From the NCBI GenBank assembly GCA_965112155.1, contig OZ218104.1: a stretch of 64,000 bases of DNA; one strand, given 5' to 3'. The DNA is from Podarcis liolepis (lineage: Eukaryota). The notes under the pieces were generated by a model. That model was not told where the DNA came from and did not search any database. It saw nothing but the letters and a program-made list of their open reading frames with translations. Position numbers and translations under genes: made by a program. Below are positions 51,901-62,138 of this stretch, piece by piece (within the stretch, counting starts at the first letter, position 1; every line of letters starts with the position of its first letter).

Positions 51901-53240
51901 TTTCCTTCCCTCATTACATTTTGCTCATGGTACGTTAAGAGATGTCCTGTGGCTGGCACAGTTTGGGGTTTCTTTGGCTTCTGACCGCCCCCTCACCCCC
52001 CCCCCCCACCTTCAGAAAGACTGCCCAGAAGAGAATGTTGCCCTCAGTCTGTAGAAGGTTCCCTGTTCCTGGCCTAGCTCATATAATATAACAAGACTAC
52101 CGCAAACTCCTTCAAGTCTTTTATCCTCTCCATTTCCTTTTAGTATCAGTCATTTCATATCCCTAACTTCCTGCAAATAACGTTGTACTCAGAGCCATCC
52201 ATGTAAGAGACAATTTAAGCACGGGGAGCACAATAGCCGTAACAAATCAAAGTACGCTACCGTATACCTCTGAGAACCCAACAATTACTGTTTAATTTAA
52301 AACATTGAAAGTTTAAATGAGCATTAAGCATTCTAAGAGGTTACTTTACAATATGCAGTGCCAATCATGTCAACATTATACCCACATAGAGGCCCCGTCT
52401 GCACATTTAAAGCAGTATCATACCACTTTAAACAGTCATGGCTCTTCCCCCCCCCCCCGAGACTCCTTTTTAAGGGTGCCGAGATTTATTAGGTGATGGC
52501 CCCATTCCCCTCACAGAACTACAATTCCTAGAATGGCTTGACAATCCCTCTTCCCAGTGAACTCTGGGAGTTGTAGTTCTGTAAGGTCTATTTCTCACCA
52601 TTTGGTAGGGATTCCCACCAAACATTATCATTTGTTGCTTCAGCAATAACCACAGCCATCTCTAAGCAGTGTACAAAAAACCCCAATGCAATAAGACTAA
52701 AAAATGAGATATAACTATAAAATGAGAATTCAGTTTAAAAGCCTTTGGGGGGGGGGGAGTCTTCAATAAATGTTGGAAGTTCAACAGGATGCCTCTTTGG
52801 CTTCAGCTGGAAGGGGGTTCCATAAAATTAGATGCACAATACTGAACCCACAGGAAACTACTAACAGTGACTCCCCTGAAGACCTTAGTGATCTAACGTT
52901 AAATAAGTTGGAGTTCTTGTTATTAAATATACCAAGAAAAAGGCCACCAAGTACTCAGGCCAGTATAAGTTTCAAGTAGGGCCCACTCCCACTACTGAAA
53001 CTTATACTGGCCTGAGTTCTTGGTGAGCTTTTTTCTTGACCTTAGTGATCTGGCAAGCATATAAGGGATCAAGTGGTCCCTGAGATATCCTGGACCCAAG
53101 TTGTTAAGCGCCATTCCTAAGCAACATCTCCCCCACCATGCACACTTGCCAAACATTGCACCTCTCATCAGTTCCCTTGTTCAGCCATACTTTTGCATGC
53201 TCATCAGTCCAGGCCCTGCGCCTCCTCTTCTTTCCCCCAG

Positions 53241-53465
53241 GTTCGAAGGACCCCTGCGCAGAGGTGACCTGCAGCTTTGGAAGCACCTGTGCCCGCTCCA
53301 CGGATGGGCTGTCGGCTAAGTGCATCTGCCCGTCCTCATGCAGCGGCGTGCCTGAGAACGTGGTGTGCGGCAGCGACGGCAAGGACTACCGCAGCGAGTG
53401 CCACCTCAACAGGCACGCCTGCGACAAGCAAGAGAACCTTTTCAAGAAGTTTGACGGGCCTTGTG
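53241..53465 (+). CDS. AGRN: Agrin follistatin/Kazal domain 2 exon (225 nt)
   Basis: Boundaries cccccag|GT and G|gtgagt. Encodes [75 protein letters not shown]. Confidence 0.97.
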
Positions 53466-53709
53466 GTGAGTTTTTTGGGGCTTCCAGATGCCTCGCTGTT
53501 CTCTCTTTGGCCCTCCAGATGTTGCTGGGCTGCCACACCCATCTTCTCTCAGGCTGCTGCTCCCATCTTCCCTCAATGCTGGCTGAGGCTAATGGGAGTT
53601 CCCCACCTTTGTTTCAGTATCTTAATAAAAGCCAGAGCAGATACTCATGCAGAGGCACCTCCTTTCTAAATGGTGCTCCCCTCTCCCAGGCACGGGAGGA
53701 TCCCCATCT

Positions 53710-54114
53710 CGGGATGGGTAAACTATGGGCCTTCCGGTGTCATTGGATTATGACTCCCAGCATCCCTGACCATTGGCCATGCAGGCTGGGGCTGATGGGA
53801 GTTGGAGTCCAGCAAACATGCAGTGAGCAACTGCTTGCCCACCTCTGCTTTAGAGCAGTGTTTTCCAAACTTGGGTCTCCAGCTGTTTCTGGACTACAAT
53901 TCCCATCATCCCTGACTACTGTTCCTGCTAGCTAGGGATGATGGGAGTCATAGTCCAAAAAACAGCTGGAGGCCCAAGTTTGGGAAACACCTTCCCACAA
54001 CCTTGGTTCCCTAGATGGTTTGGGACTACATCTCCCATCATCTCCATATCATCTGGGTGTGGTAGGAGTTGCAGTCCAACCATACTTGGGGACTCTAAAG
54101 TTTGGGAAAGGCTG
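53710..54114. mobile_element. Cluster of three adjacent short hairpin MITEs (hAT-like)
   Basis: Units at about 53710-53847, 53856-53991 and 53990-54114, each with a GGACTACA..TCCCA.CATC..GATGGGAG.TGTAGTCC-type palindrome. Confidence 0.72.
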
Positions 54115-55446
54115 TCTTAGTATGAAAGTACTGTGAGGCTGTGCATCGTTAAAAGCTAAAACAAAAATGCTTTGTACATTCTCAAGGGAATTGTTTTCTT
54201 CTTTGTTTTTCCCCACTCGGGCAAAACAGCCTCTTGCCCAAGTACCCACCAAAATTTGTAACCAGCTTCAGTCGTGCTCTGCTGTGTGTTTTTGAGGTTA
54301 AAGAGTCCTCTTTCTCCCAACCCAATATATACACGTGTGGCTCTTCTAGTCTCCATGGTGATGTGTTAATCCTTCATCCTCCCTTTTGGGTTTCTCTCTT
54401 GGGAGGGGCAGGATAGGAATGTAGATATTTCAGAGTCTTCGGATTTGATTTGATTTTTCAGAACTTGTGGGTTATGTTTGTTAGGAAATAATACCCTTTT
54501 GTGCATATGTGTTGAATCAAGTTGGTTCCTCCCAGGTATTAGCTGGGCGCTGAAAATGCCCCTGTGGAGAGACAGAGAAGGAGGATTAGCCAATAAGTAG
54601 CCCTGTATCTTCGGTGTTTCTATAAAAGTGCCCAAGGGGTGAATGGAAGGCGATTTTGATAAACCCGGATTAGGTGGGAGGGAGCTGGAAGGCCAAGGAT
54701 CTCCACCTGTGCTCAGATACCTGGGGTGTGTGAGAGATGGCTGCTCATGCACATTGGTTCTGCACATCTCCTTTCGACATGGCCCATGTCCCGACCACCT
54801 GGAAAGTCTGTCTTTTCTAAGTGGTCAGTATCCTTCTGGGACCCTTGACTCAGCTTTCTTGCACCCTGCAATAAGTCTGTAGGTGTGAACTCTTGCAAGG
54901 CTCTCTAGCCTCCAGCAAGTGGGTAGAGTTCCATGGAGAATCATGGAGATCTATCAGGTAGCCATTGAGGGGATGTTTTTCTGAAATTGTGTGTGTGATG
55001 CGGTGTTGTGAGTTATGCCCATCCTATCATGGCTCCCCCCACCCAGAGAATCATGGGCACCATCACTTTTCAAGGGTGCTGAGATTAGGACCCCCCCATT
55101 CCCATTGCAGAGCTACAGTTCTGAGTGGTGTAACAGTCAGTCCCTTTTCCCAGGGAACTCTGGAAATTGTAGCTCTGGAAAGGGGAATAGAGCACCATCC
55201 ATCCACCAGCACTTGTGCCAGGGAAAGACCCCCATCCTGAGACCCTAGAGAACTGCTTTCACTTCTACAGTGTTGGACTAGATAAATCAAAGGCAACTTC
55301 TGTGGAGAAATTATATCTGCAGTGTTGAGTCCATAGTTCAGTGCTAGACAAGCAGTGTTACACACCGAAAGTCCCAGATTCAATTCCTGGGATGGCTGCA
55401 AGCTTTTTCCATACGCTCACATCATTCCTCACCTACTTTTCCCCAG

Positions 55447-55671
55447 ACCCTTGCAAGAGCACCCACAACGACATGAACAGAGTTTGCCGGGTCAACCCTC
55501 GCACTCGGCGTGCTGAGCTCCTGCTCCGGCCTGAGAGCTGCCCTCTGAAGCGGGATCCAGTGTGTAGCGATGAGGGGGTAACCTATGACAACGACTGTGT
55601 CATGCTGAGGTCGGGCGCCATTCGGGGGATCGAGATCCAGAAAGTGCGGTCAGGACAGTGCCTGCTTCAGG
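55447..55671 (+). CDS. AGRN: Agrin follistatin/Kazal domain 3 exon (225 nt)
   Basis: Boundaries ttttccccag|AC and G|gtaaga. Encodes [75 protein letters not shown], including the agrin-typical CRVNPRTRR and QKVRSGQC. Confidence 0.97.
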
Positions 55672-56309
55672 GTAAGAGAGTCTAAGTTCCAAGTTGTTAC
55701 AGGTCGACGTGAAGGGTGTCTGAAACAAAAACCTCTAGGGACAGATTTCCGCAGTTGGAGGGGGGTGGCCAGCACTGGAAAGGCCCTGTCCTTAGAATGA
55801 ATCGCGATAGGTTTCATTTACATTTCCCCATACAAAAGTATTGGGACCGTTTTCTTATTGAGGAGAAAAGCAAGCCCTGTAGGCAGTGAGGAGGAATATG
55901 GTTGAAGGGGCAAAACAAATCAATAGAATCAGAAACCCTCTTGCTTCTGACGTGACTTGTTGGCGTTCATTCTCTGTAGAAGATGGGGGAGAATGCTCAA
56001 AGCACCCAAACGTCATCCAGTGTTTCTCGCTGGTCAGAATGCATATTTTCCACTTGGAGACTTTGCACATTCACAGGCCAATGTGTACAATACACCACAA
56101 AATGTGACTTAGAGATTTTGCTCACCAACCAGTTTCTGCAGTACTCTGTTCACCATTTTAATATGCACATCTTTCTCCACAATGGCTTGAGATCTGTTCA
56201 GGGGCTGGTTCCTAGGCACCTTCTCCTTTCAACTGCCATTGATCCAGACATGTGTGTATGTGTGTGTATATGTATATGTATATGTATACACACACACACA
56301 CACACAGCC

Positions 56310-56885
56310 TAGCCACAGTGGTCAATACATTGGTAACCCTCAAGACTCGATTACCATAATGCACTGTATGTCAGGCTGCCCTTGTGTCTGTCCAGGAAGA
56401 TGCAATTAGTGCAGAATGTAGTGGCCAGATAGTTTACTGGCAGCATGTCACTTCGCTGCTGAGAGGGCTGCAGTGGTTGCCAATTTCCTGCTGGACCAGG
56501 TTCGAAATTCCTGTGTTAATTCACAAAGACTTAAAAAACTTGGAACCAGAGTACCTTCAAGACCACCTAATTCCTTATGCTCTACTGCAATAGCTGAGGG
56601 AACCCTTGGCAGTTCCACGCATGCCCCTGAGGGTCAGCTGGCTTTTATCGGGGGCCGGGGCTTTAGTTCTGCCAGGCCTGCCCTGTGGGACTCCTAGCCA
56701 CCAGAGGTTCTGCAGGAGCTTCCTGTGAAAACCATATTATTCAAGACGGGCCTTTCAAACCTAAGACACTTTGCCACTTGCTCTTACGGTCGTTTTTGAT
56801 GTTTCTGTTGCATTTTTAGCCTGTACACCTCCTTGTGATATTTTGCACAGAAGTGTGGTTTATAAATATTCAAATAAATAAAATA
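56310..56885 (+). mobile_element. L2 LINE 3' fragment (decayed ORF2 C-terminus and 3'UTR); other L2 pieces at about 35325-35590 (+), 42350-42580 (-), 52700-53110 (-), 58040-58120 (-)
   Basis: The translation HVTSLLRGLQWLPISCWTRFEIPVLIHKDLKNLEPEYLQDHL fits the L2 motif HITPxLxxLHWLPVxxRxxFKxLxLxYKALxGLxPxYL. Ends in a TAAA-rich tail. Confidence 0.82.
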
Positions 56886-57102
56886 TATTGTAACACGAGA
56901 GAGCTCTCAGTTTGCAAAATGCCTACCATTTATTCATCCTGGGCCTCAGGATTTACTCTGTCACGGAATTATAGAATCATAGAGTTGGAAGGAACCAAAG
57001 GGCCCATCTAGCCCAGCCCTCTTCAATAATCAATAACGGAAGGGACTCCCTCCAGTGCTGCTCCTGAATTTCATTGCTTTCTCGTGCCCGGTTCTTTTCC
57101 AG

Positions 57103-57309
57103 ACAAGTGCAAGGACGAGTGTCACTTTAACGGCGTGTGCCTGAACCGCCGGGGGGCTGCCCGCTGCTCGTGCGAGCGTATCGCTTGTGATGGCTCCTAC
57201 CGGCCTCTCTGCGGCAGGGACAGCCGGACCTACGCCAACGACTGCGAGCGGCAGAAAGCTGAGTGCCAGCAAAGAGCCGCCATCCCGGTCAAGCACCAGG
57301 GCCCTTGTG
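57103..57309 (+). CDS. AGRN: Agrin follistatin/Kazal domain 4 exon (207 nt)
   Basis: Boundaries ttcttttccag|AC and G|gtaagt. Encodes [69 protein letters not shown]. Confidence 0.97.
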
Positions 57310-57418
57310 GTAAGTGGTGCGAAACAGCTGGGGGCGACAGCTTCTCCCTACCTCCCTTGTTGTTGAGAGTGGAAGAGGCCCAAGCCCTTCTCTCTTCCTG
57401 TGTCATCTGTTTGGCGAG

Positions 57419-57442
57419 TCCCCGCGAACCCAATTTTCAAAG
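57419..57442 (+). CDS. Candidate 24-nt microexon of agrin (unverified)
   Basis: Consensus donor AAG|gtaagt; weak GAG acceptor after a pyrimidine tract. Phase 1-1, would encode VPANPIFK. Confidence 0.33.
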
Positions 57443-60164
57443 GTAAGTCGCTGCTCGTTTTGCCATTTTAATGGGCCACTGGTGGCAGGTCTGATCTGCT
57501 GCCTCATCTCCTCTGAAGTGGTTGTGGCTCTGCGCCTGCTCTGTTTCTTCTGGCTAAAGTTGTCTTGGGATTTTGCCTTCCGGTCATCTCCCTCCTTTGC
57601 TCGCTCCCTCTCTGTAATGGGGAATGTTTGAATAACGGTGTCTGGAGTGTTCAGTCCGTGTCTCCCACCCATCCTTCCTCCCTTCCATCTGTCTGTCCAT
57701 CCGTTTGTGACGTCCACCCGCCAACTCGCTCTGCCTGCCATGCCATTCAGAAGCAGCTCCCATTGCTGTCCTTTTGCACCACAGGTGATTCCTTTCCCCC
57801 CAGGTAACGCCACTTTGGGGCAGCTCCCGCGATGCTCTCCACACCTTTTGCCTTCTCCCCCATCTCCATTCTGCCCTACAAACCTTTCTCAGTTTGCAGG
57901 TGTGATCTGTAGGCCATGCTTCTTGCCTTCGTCTTTTCTTGTCTGTCTCAAATCTGTCGAGAGGGAGAGAGCCTGATACACGTGAAACAGGTATTGATTT
58001 CCCTAGAGTAGACTTGCAGTTCTGAAGTGAGCAGGCCCAACAGAGCCCATTGGGGGAGGGAGTGCCAAAGTTGTGAGGCCACCACTGAGAAGAGCCCGTC
58101 ATCCCAGCTGCCCAACAGGATTGACTCAAGGGATTGACTCACCTCCCCGCCAAAGGGGCAGGGAAGACCTGGTGGGAACTTCAGTTGAGACAAAGCCTAG
58201 CAAGGAGAAGGTGCTGGCAAGGAACTTGAGGGGAGGAAAGTTCACAGCGTGAGGAGGCCTCAGACTATATCCAACAAGGAACTGCTGGAGTGTACTCCGT
58301 GAGGGACTGATATTTGATGTAACACCCTGTCCCCCAGAAACAGCGGCAAACTGAACAATCCAGCAGTTGTGGCTGTTTGTAAGCACATAATTCTGGGTAT
58401 GTCCCTTTGGAAAGGAGTGGGGAGAGTATCCACCTGTATCTTCAGCATCATTTTCAGATCTCACAGTTTCCTCCTCCAAAGAAGGGGAGAGAGCTGAGGA
58501 GTGGGAAGTCTGTCTCTTCAGCCCCCCCCCCCAAAAAAAACCCACCCCGTGGGAGTCATGATGTTGTTAGCAAAGCCTAGGGATTAATTTTGAAAGTGCG
58601 CTAGGCAAAGCCAATCAAAGGCAAATGGAACGCAACTACCTTTGAAGCCAAAGGCCCCCGAAGCCTGAAATCGCGGCACAGAGCTTGGCAGAGCTTCAAG
58701 GTTTGCTCCTGGCTTTTATCCATACCTGGCAGAGGAGGCCAAAGGCTCTTCAGGGGCACAGAGAGCGCCTGACTCAGCTGTTCCTTGCTAGATCCAGGAC
58801 ACGAAAGGCTTGGAGGCATTTCTGTGTTCTCTTCCCCCACCTAACCCGCCTTGTTTTAGATTTTTAGAGGGCAGGCTGTTCTCATGTGTCCTGGGTGGCC
58901 TTCTGCCCCTTCTCCTCCTCCTCCTCCTTTTCCTCCTCCTCTCTCCAGGGCATTGTACTCTGCCAACCCCAGTGGACACAACATGATCTCTCCCCCCCCC
59001 CCCCCGATCAAACAGCTAGGGAATAAATGAAACCTTTCCTGGGATATGCCATCAGCCAGGACTTGAGAGATGCTTCCCTCCCCAAGGCAGCTGCTGTGCT
59101 TGATAGCTCAAAGGTTGGCCTCTAACCAGCAAGCCATGCCCTCTGTCATGCAAAGTGAGCCTCCTCCTCCCATTTGATGCGGACCCTCTGGAGATAGAGA
59201 GGCTTTATATATATATTGCTCACAAGTCACTGGTCCCAAGTCCAGCTGAAGGTGATGCTCTGCTTGTGCTGCTCACAGCGAGACTTGGAGGCAAAGCACA
59301 CACATTTTATGCAGGCTGTCCCAGGTTGACTCACCAGCTAATAAGGAGGCAGGGACCTGTGGGGCAGCTGCCATTCAGAGTAGGTGGTGCTAAACAAAGA
59401 TGGACAGACGTTCTAACTCTGTATGAGGCAGCTTCACGTGTTTAGCAGGATGCAGATTTCTCCTTGTGTTGTTAACTGGATGATTAAAAAGTGGGATGCT
59501 AACAGGACCCAGGTTTAGCTTGGGTGAATATTCCAGGGCAACAATACTTGGGGGCAGTTTAGACTACAGTGACACCCACCCACACCCTACTCCATACACG
59601 CACACTGCACTTCTGCCCACATTCCCAACTGCAGATGAGAACGTTCACAAACCGGAACACTCAGTTCTGGGTTTGCAGCGTTCGGGAGCCAAAACCTTTG
59701 ACTTGCAAGGTGTTTGGGATCCAAGGTACGACTGTACTTTGCAGCATTTAATAAAAAGAAGAAGATAAGCTGCCATTCTTTATCATGTGAAAATGCCAAC
59801 TTTTGATGACTTTTATTTTCCCCATCCTACTATTTTAACATGCTGAAACACTCTTGCAATTGAAGCTCTGCCCTACAGCTTAATTCCCCACCCACCCCGC
59901 TTTCCACTCAGAACTGTCCCCCCTTCCAAGATGATAAGTTGACAAAACCTTTAGCTGATTGAACTGCCAATGAAAGCTTGCAACTTGCCAGAGTTACCTC
60001 TTGTCGATTAGTCCCATCCCTGGGTCTTGGGTGCTGGGCTCTTCATTGCAAGAGGAGGGGAGGAATTAAACAGGGTATGTCTGAAGGGGGCAGAAGAGGG
60101 AGGTTGTCCATAGCTTTGTCTGTCTTCTCCTTCCCTCCTGCTCTCTCTCTCTCTCTTCTTCTTG

Positions 60165-60165
<1 letters not shown>

Positions 60166-60224
<59 letters not shown>

Positions 60225-60226
60225 TC
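60166..60226. repeat. (CTTT)n microsatellite
   Basis: Directly visible. It forms part of the pyrimidine tract upstream of the candidate exon at 60251. Confidence 0.95.
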
Positions 60227-60250
60227 CGTTGTGTGTCTTGTGTCTTCCAG

Positions 60251-60325
60251 CGTTGCCTGTTTGGAGAAAGGAGGCCCGTCCGCACAGTGCCCCGCCGCAC
60301 CCCACCAGGATGTCTCTGCTCCGAG
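60251..60325 (+). CDS. Candidate 75-nt alternative cassette exon of agrin (unverified)
   Basis: Long polypyrimidine tract ending tgtcttccag|CG, donor GAG|gtcggc. Phase 1-1, no stop codon, CpG-rich. Would encode ALPVWRKEARPHSAPPHPTRMSLLR. Confidence 0.4.
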
Positions 60326-60733
60326 GTCGGCTTTCCACCCTTCCTGCCCCCCCCTCACCACCCTTCCTTAGCTCTGCCCAAGACGATCCATCCTCTTCTC
60401 TTTGTGCCCTTAGTCCAAAGGACTAAGCAACCCCTTCCCCACTTGGAATGGAAGTTTTTGAGCCTTGTAAAATGCTTTGCACTTCCTCTTCCCCAAGACG
60501 GGTTATGCACGCAGTTATGCCACCAGCATTTGCTTTTCATGGTTGCTGTCATTGCAAGAGGCCACTGCCACCCACCCACCCTGAACGGTCTCCCTTCTCT
60601 CCAGCACGCACTGTGTGGTTCTCCTGTTCCCTGCGAATGAGGTGATTTGGGCTGCTCCTGGTTGGTTTTTATGATATCCCTTTGCCTGGCTTCTTATCAT
60701 GCTGTCTTCAGACCCTTTCTTCCAGCTTTGGTG

Positions 60734-60796
<63 letters not shown>

Positions 60797-61161
60797 ACAT
60801 GCATGAAAGCAGCCACTCTTGGGGGAGGGTATATACCTGGGGACAGTGTTCTCTCATGCCAACACACTCACTTCAGGCACAGGAAGGAATAGCAAAGTCC
60901 AATGTCTTCTTCCTTGATTAGCAGGCAGTAAGAAGCCTCTGATTGACTGGGCCTGTTATAAATACCGGGAGCAGGATCTTCTGCATGCTGTACACCAATC
61001 CCCCAGTCCTAGCTCGTAACAACTTGAGAGCCAATATGCCCGGAAACCAATGTCCCCACTGTGGAAAGATGTGTGGATCCAGAACTGGCCTCCACAGTCA
61101 CTTATGGACTCATTGTTAAAACCGTGTTTATGAAAGACAATTTTACTCATCTACAAGTTAT

Positions 61162-61225
61162 AGAAGAAGAAGAAGAAGAAGAAGAAGAAGAAGAAGAAGA
61201 AGAAGAAGAAGAAGAAGAAGAAGAA
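61162..61225. repeat. (GAA)n microsatellite
   Basis: Directly visible. Confidence 0.95.
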
Positions 61226-62091
61226 AGGAAATTGCAATAGGACCCGAATAGATGTAGGCTTCAATGTGGATAAAAGCAGGGATGGGACACCATATATGCC
61301 GCCCTGGGATCTTGGAGGAAGGGCAGAACATTGGAAGATTCAGGACAGACGAAAGGAAGTCCTTCTCACAGCACTTAAGTTAAAACTATGGAACACATTC
61401 CCACAGGAGGCAGCAATGGCCACCAATTTGGATGGCTTTAAAAAAAGGATTAGACAAATTCATGGGGGAGAAGATTATCAGTGTCCACTAGCCCAATGGC
61501 TATTCTTTGCCTTCACTGTCTGATGCAGTGATGCTTCTGAATGGGAGTCGCAGGTGGGCAGAGTCCTGTTGTGCTCAGTTCTTGCTTATGCACATCCCAT
61601 CAGGGCATGCGCTTGGCCACTGTGAGAACAGGATGCTGTGCGCTATAATGAGCCATTGGCCTAATCCGGCAGGCTCCTTTTTTCATTCCTGTGTTCCTAC
61701 GCCATGCCACTTGCTGGGCATGGAAAACCCTTAACTCTTTATGCATGCAGGAATAAATTCCCCGTTTGTGGAGTCCATCTGCATCGACGGTGGCTCATCA
61801 CAAATTCTTCCAAAAGAAGGTTCCAGTTTGCATACACTGCAGGGGAAGCCCATTCATGCCATGGGCTCAGTTAGTTACATCTGTCAGAACCTTGAGCTTC
61901 TTGGTTGCTAGGGCAAGTAATGCTGTGCTATAAGGCAAACAAATAAGATATCTATCTCTGCAAGGAGCATTTAACCAAATGAGCTCCCATCTACAGTCTG
62001 AAGAGGTATAGCCCTGACACAAGGTTTCCGCTTCACTGAGGCCTAAGAGTAGTAATTGTCTATCCATTGCGCTGTCCATGCATCACACCCT

Positions 62092-62093
62092 CC

Positions 62094-62137
<44 letters not shown>
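62092..62137. repeat. (CTGT)n microsatellite
   Basis: Directly visible. Confidence 0.93.

Positions 62138-62138
<1 letters not shown>

Noticed and set aside
53138-53935. 265-aa ORF as a single protein
   Set aside because: Only 53241-53465 is exonic. The rest is read-through into intron and MITE sequence past a canonical donor.
60605-60641. 37-nt exon candidate (ctctccag|...GAG|gtgatt)
   Set aside because: It shifts the frame, the donor is weak, and read-through stops immediately. There is no other support.
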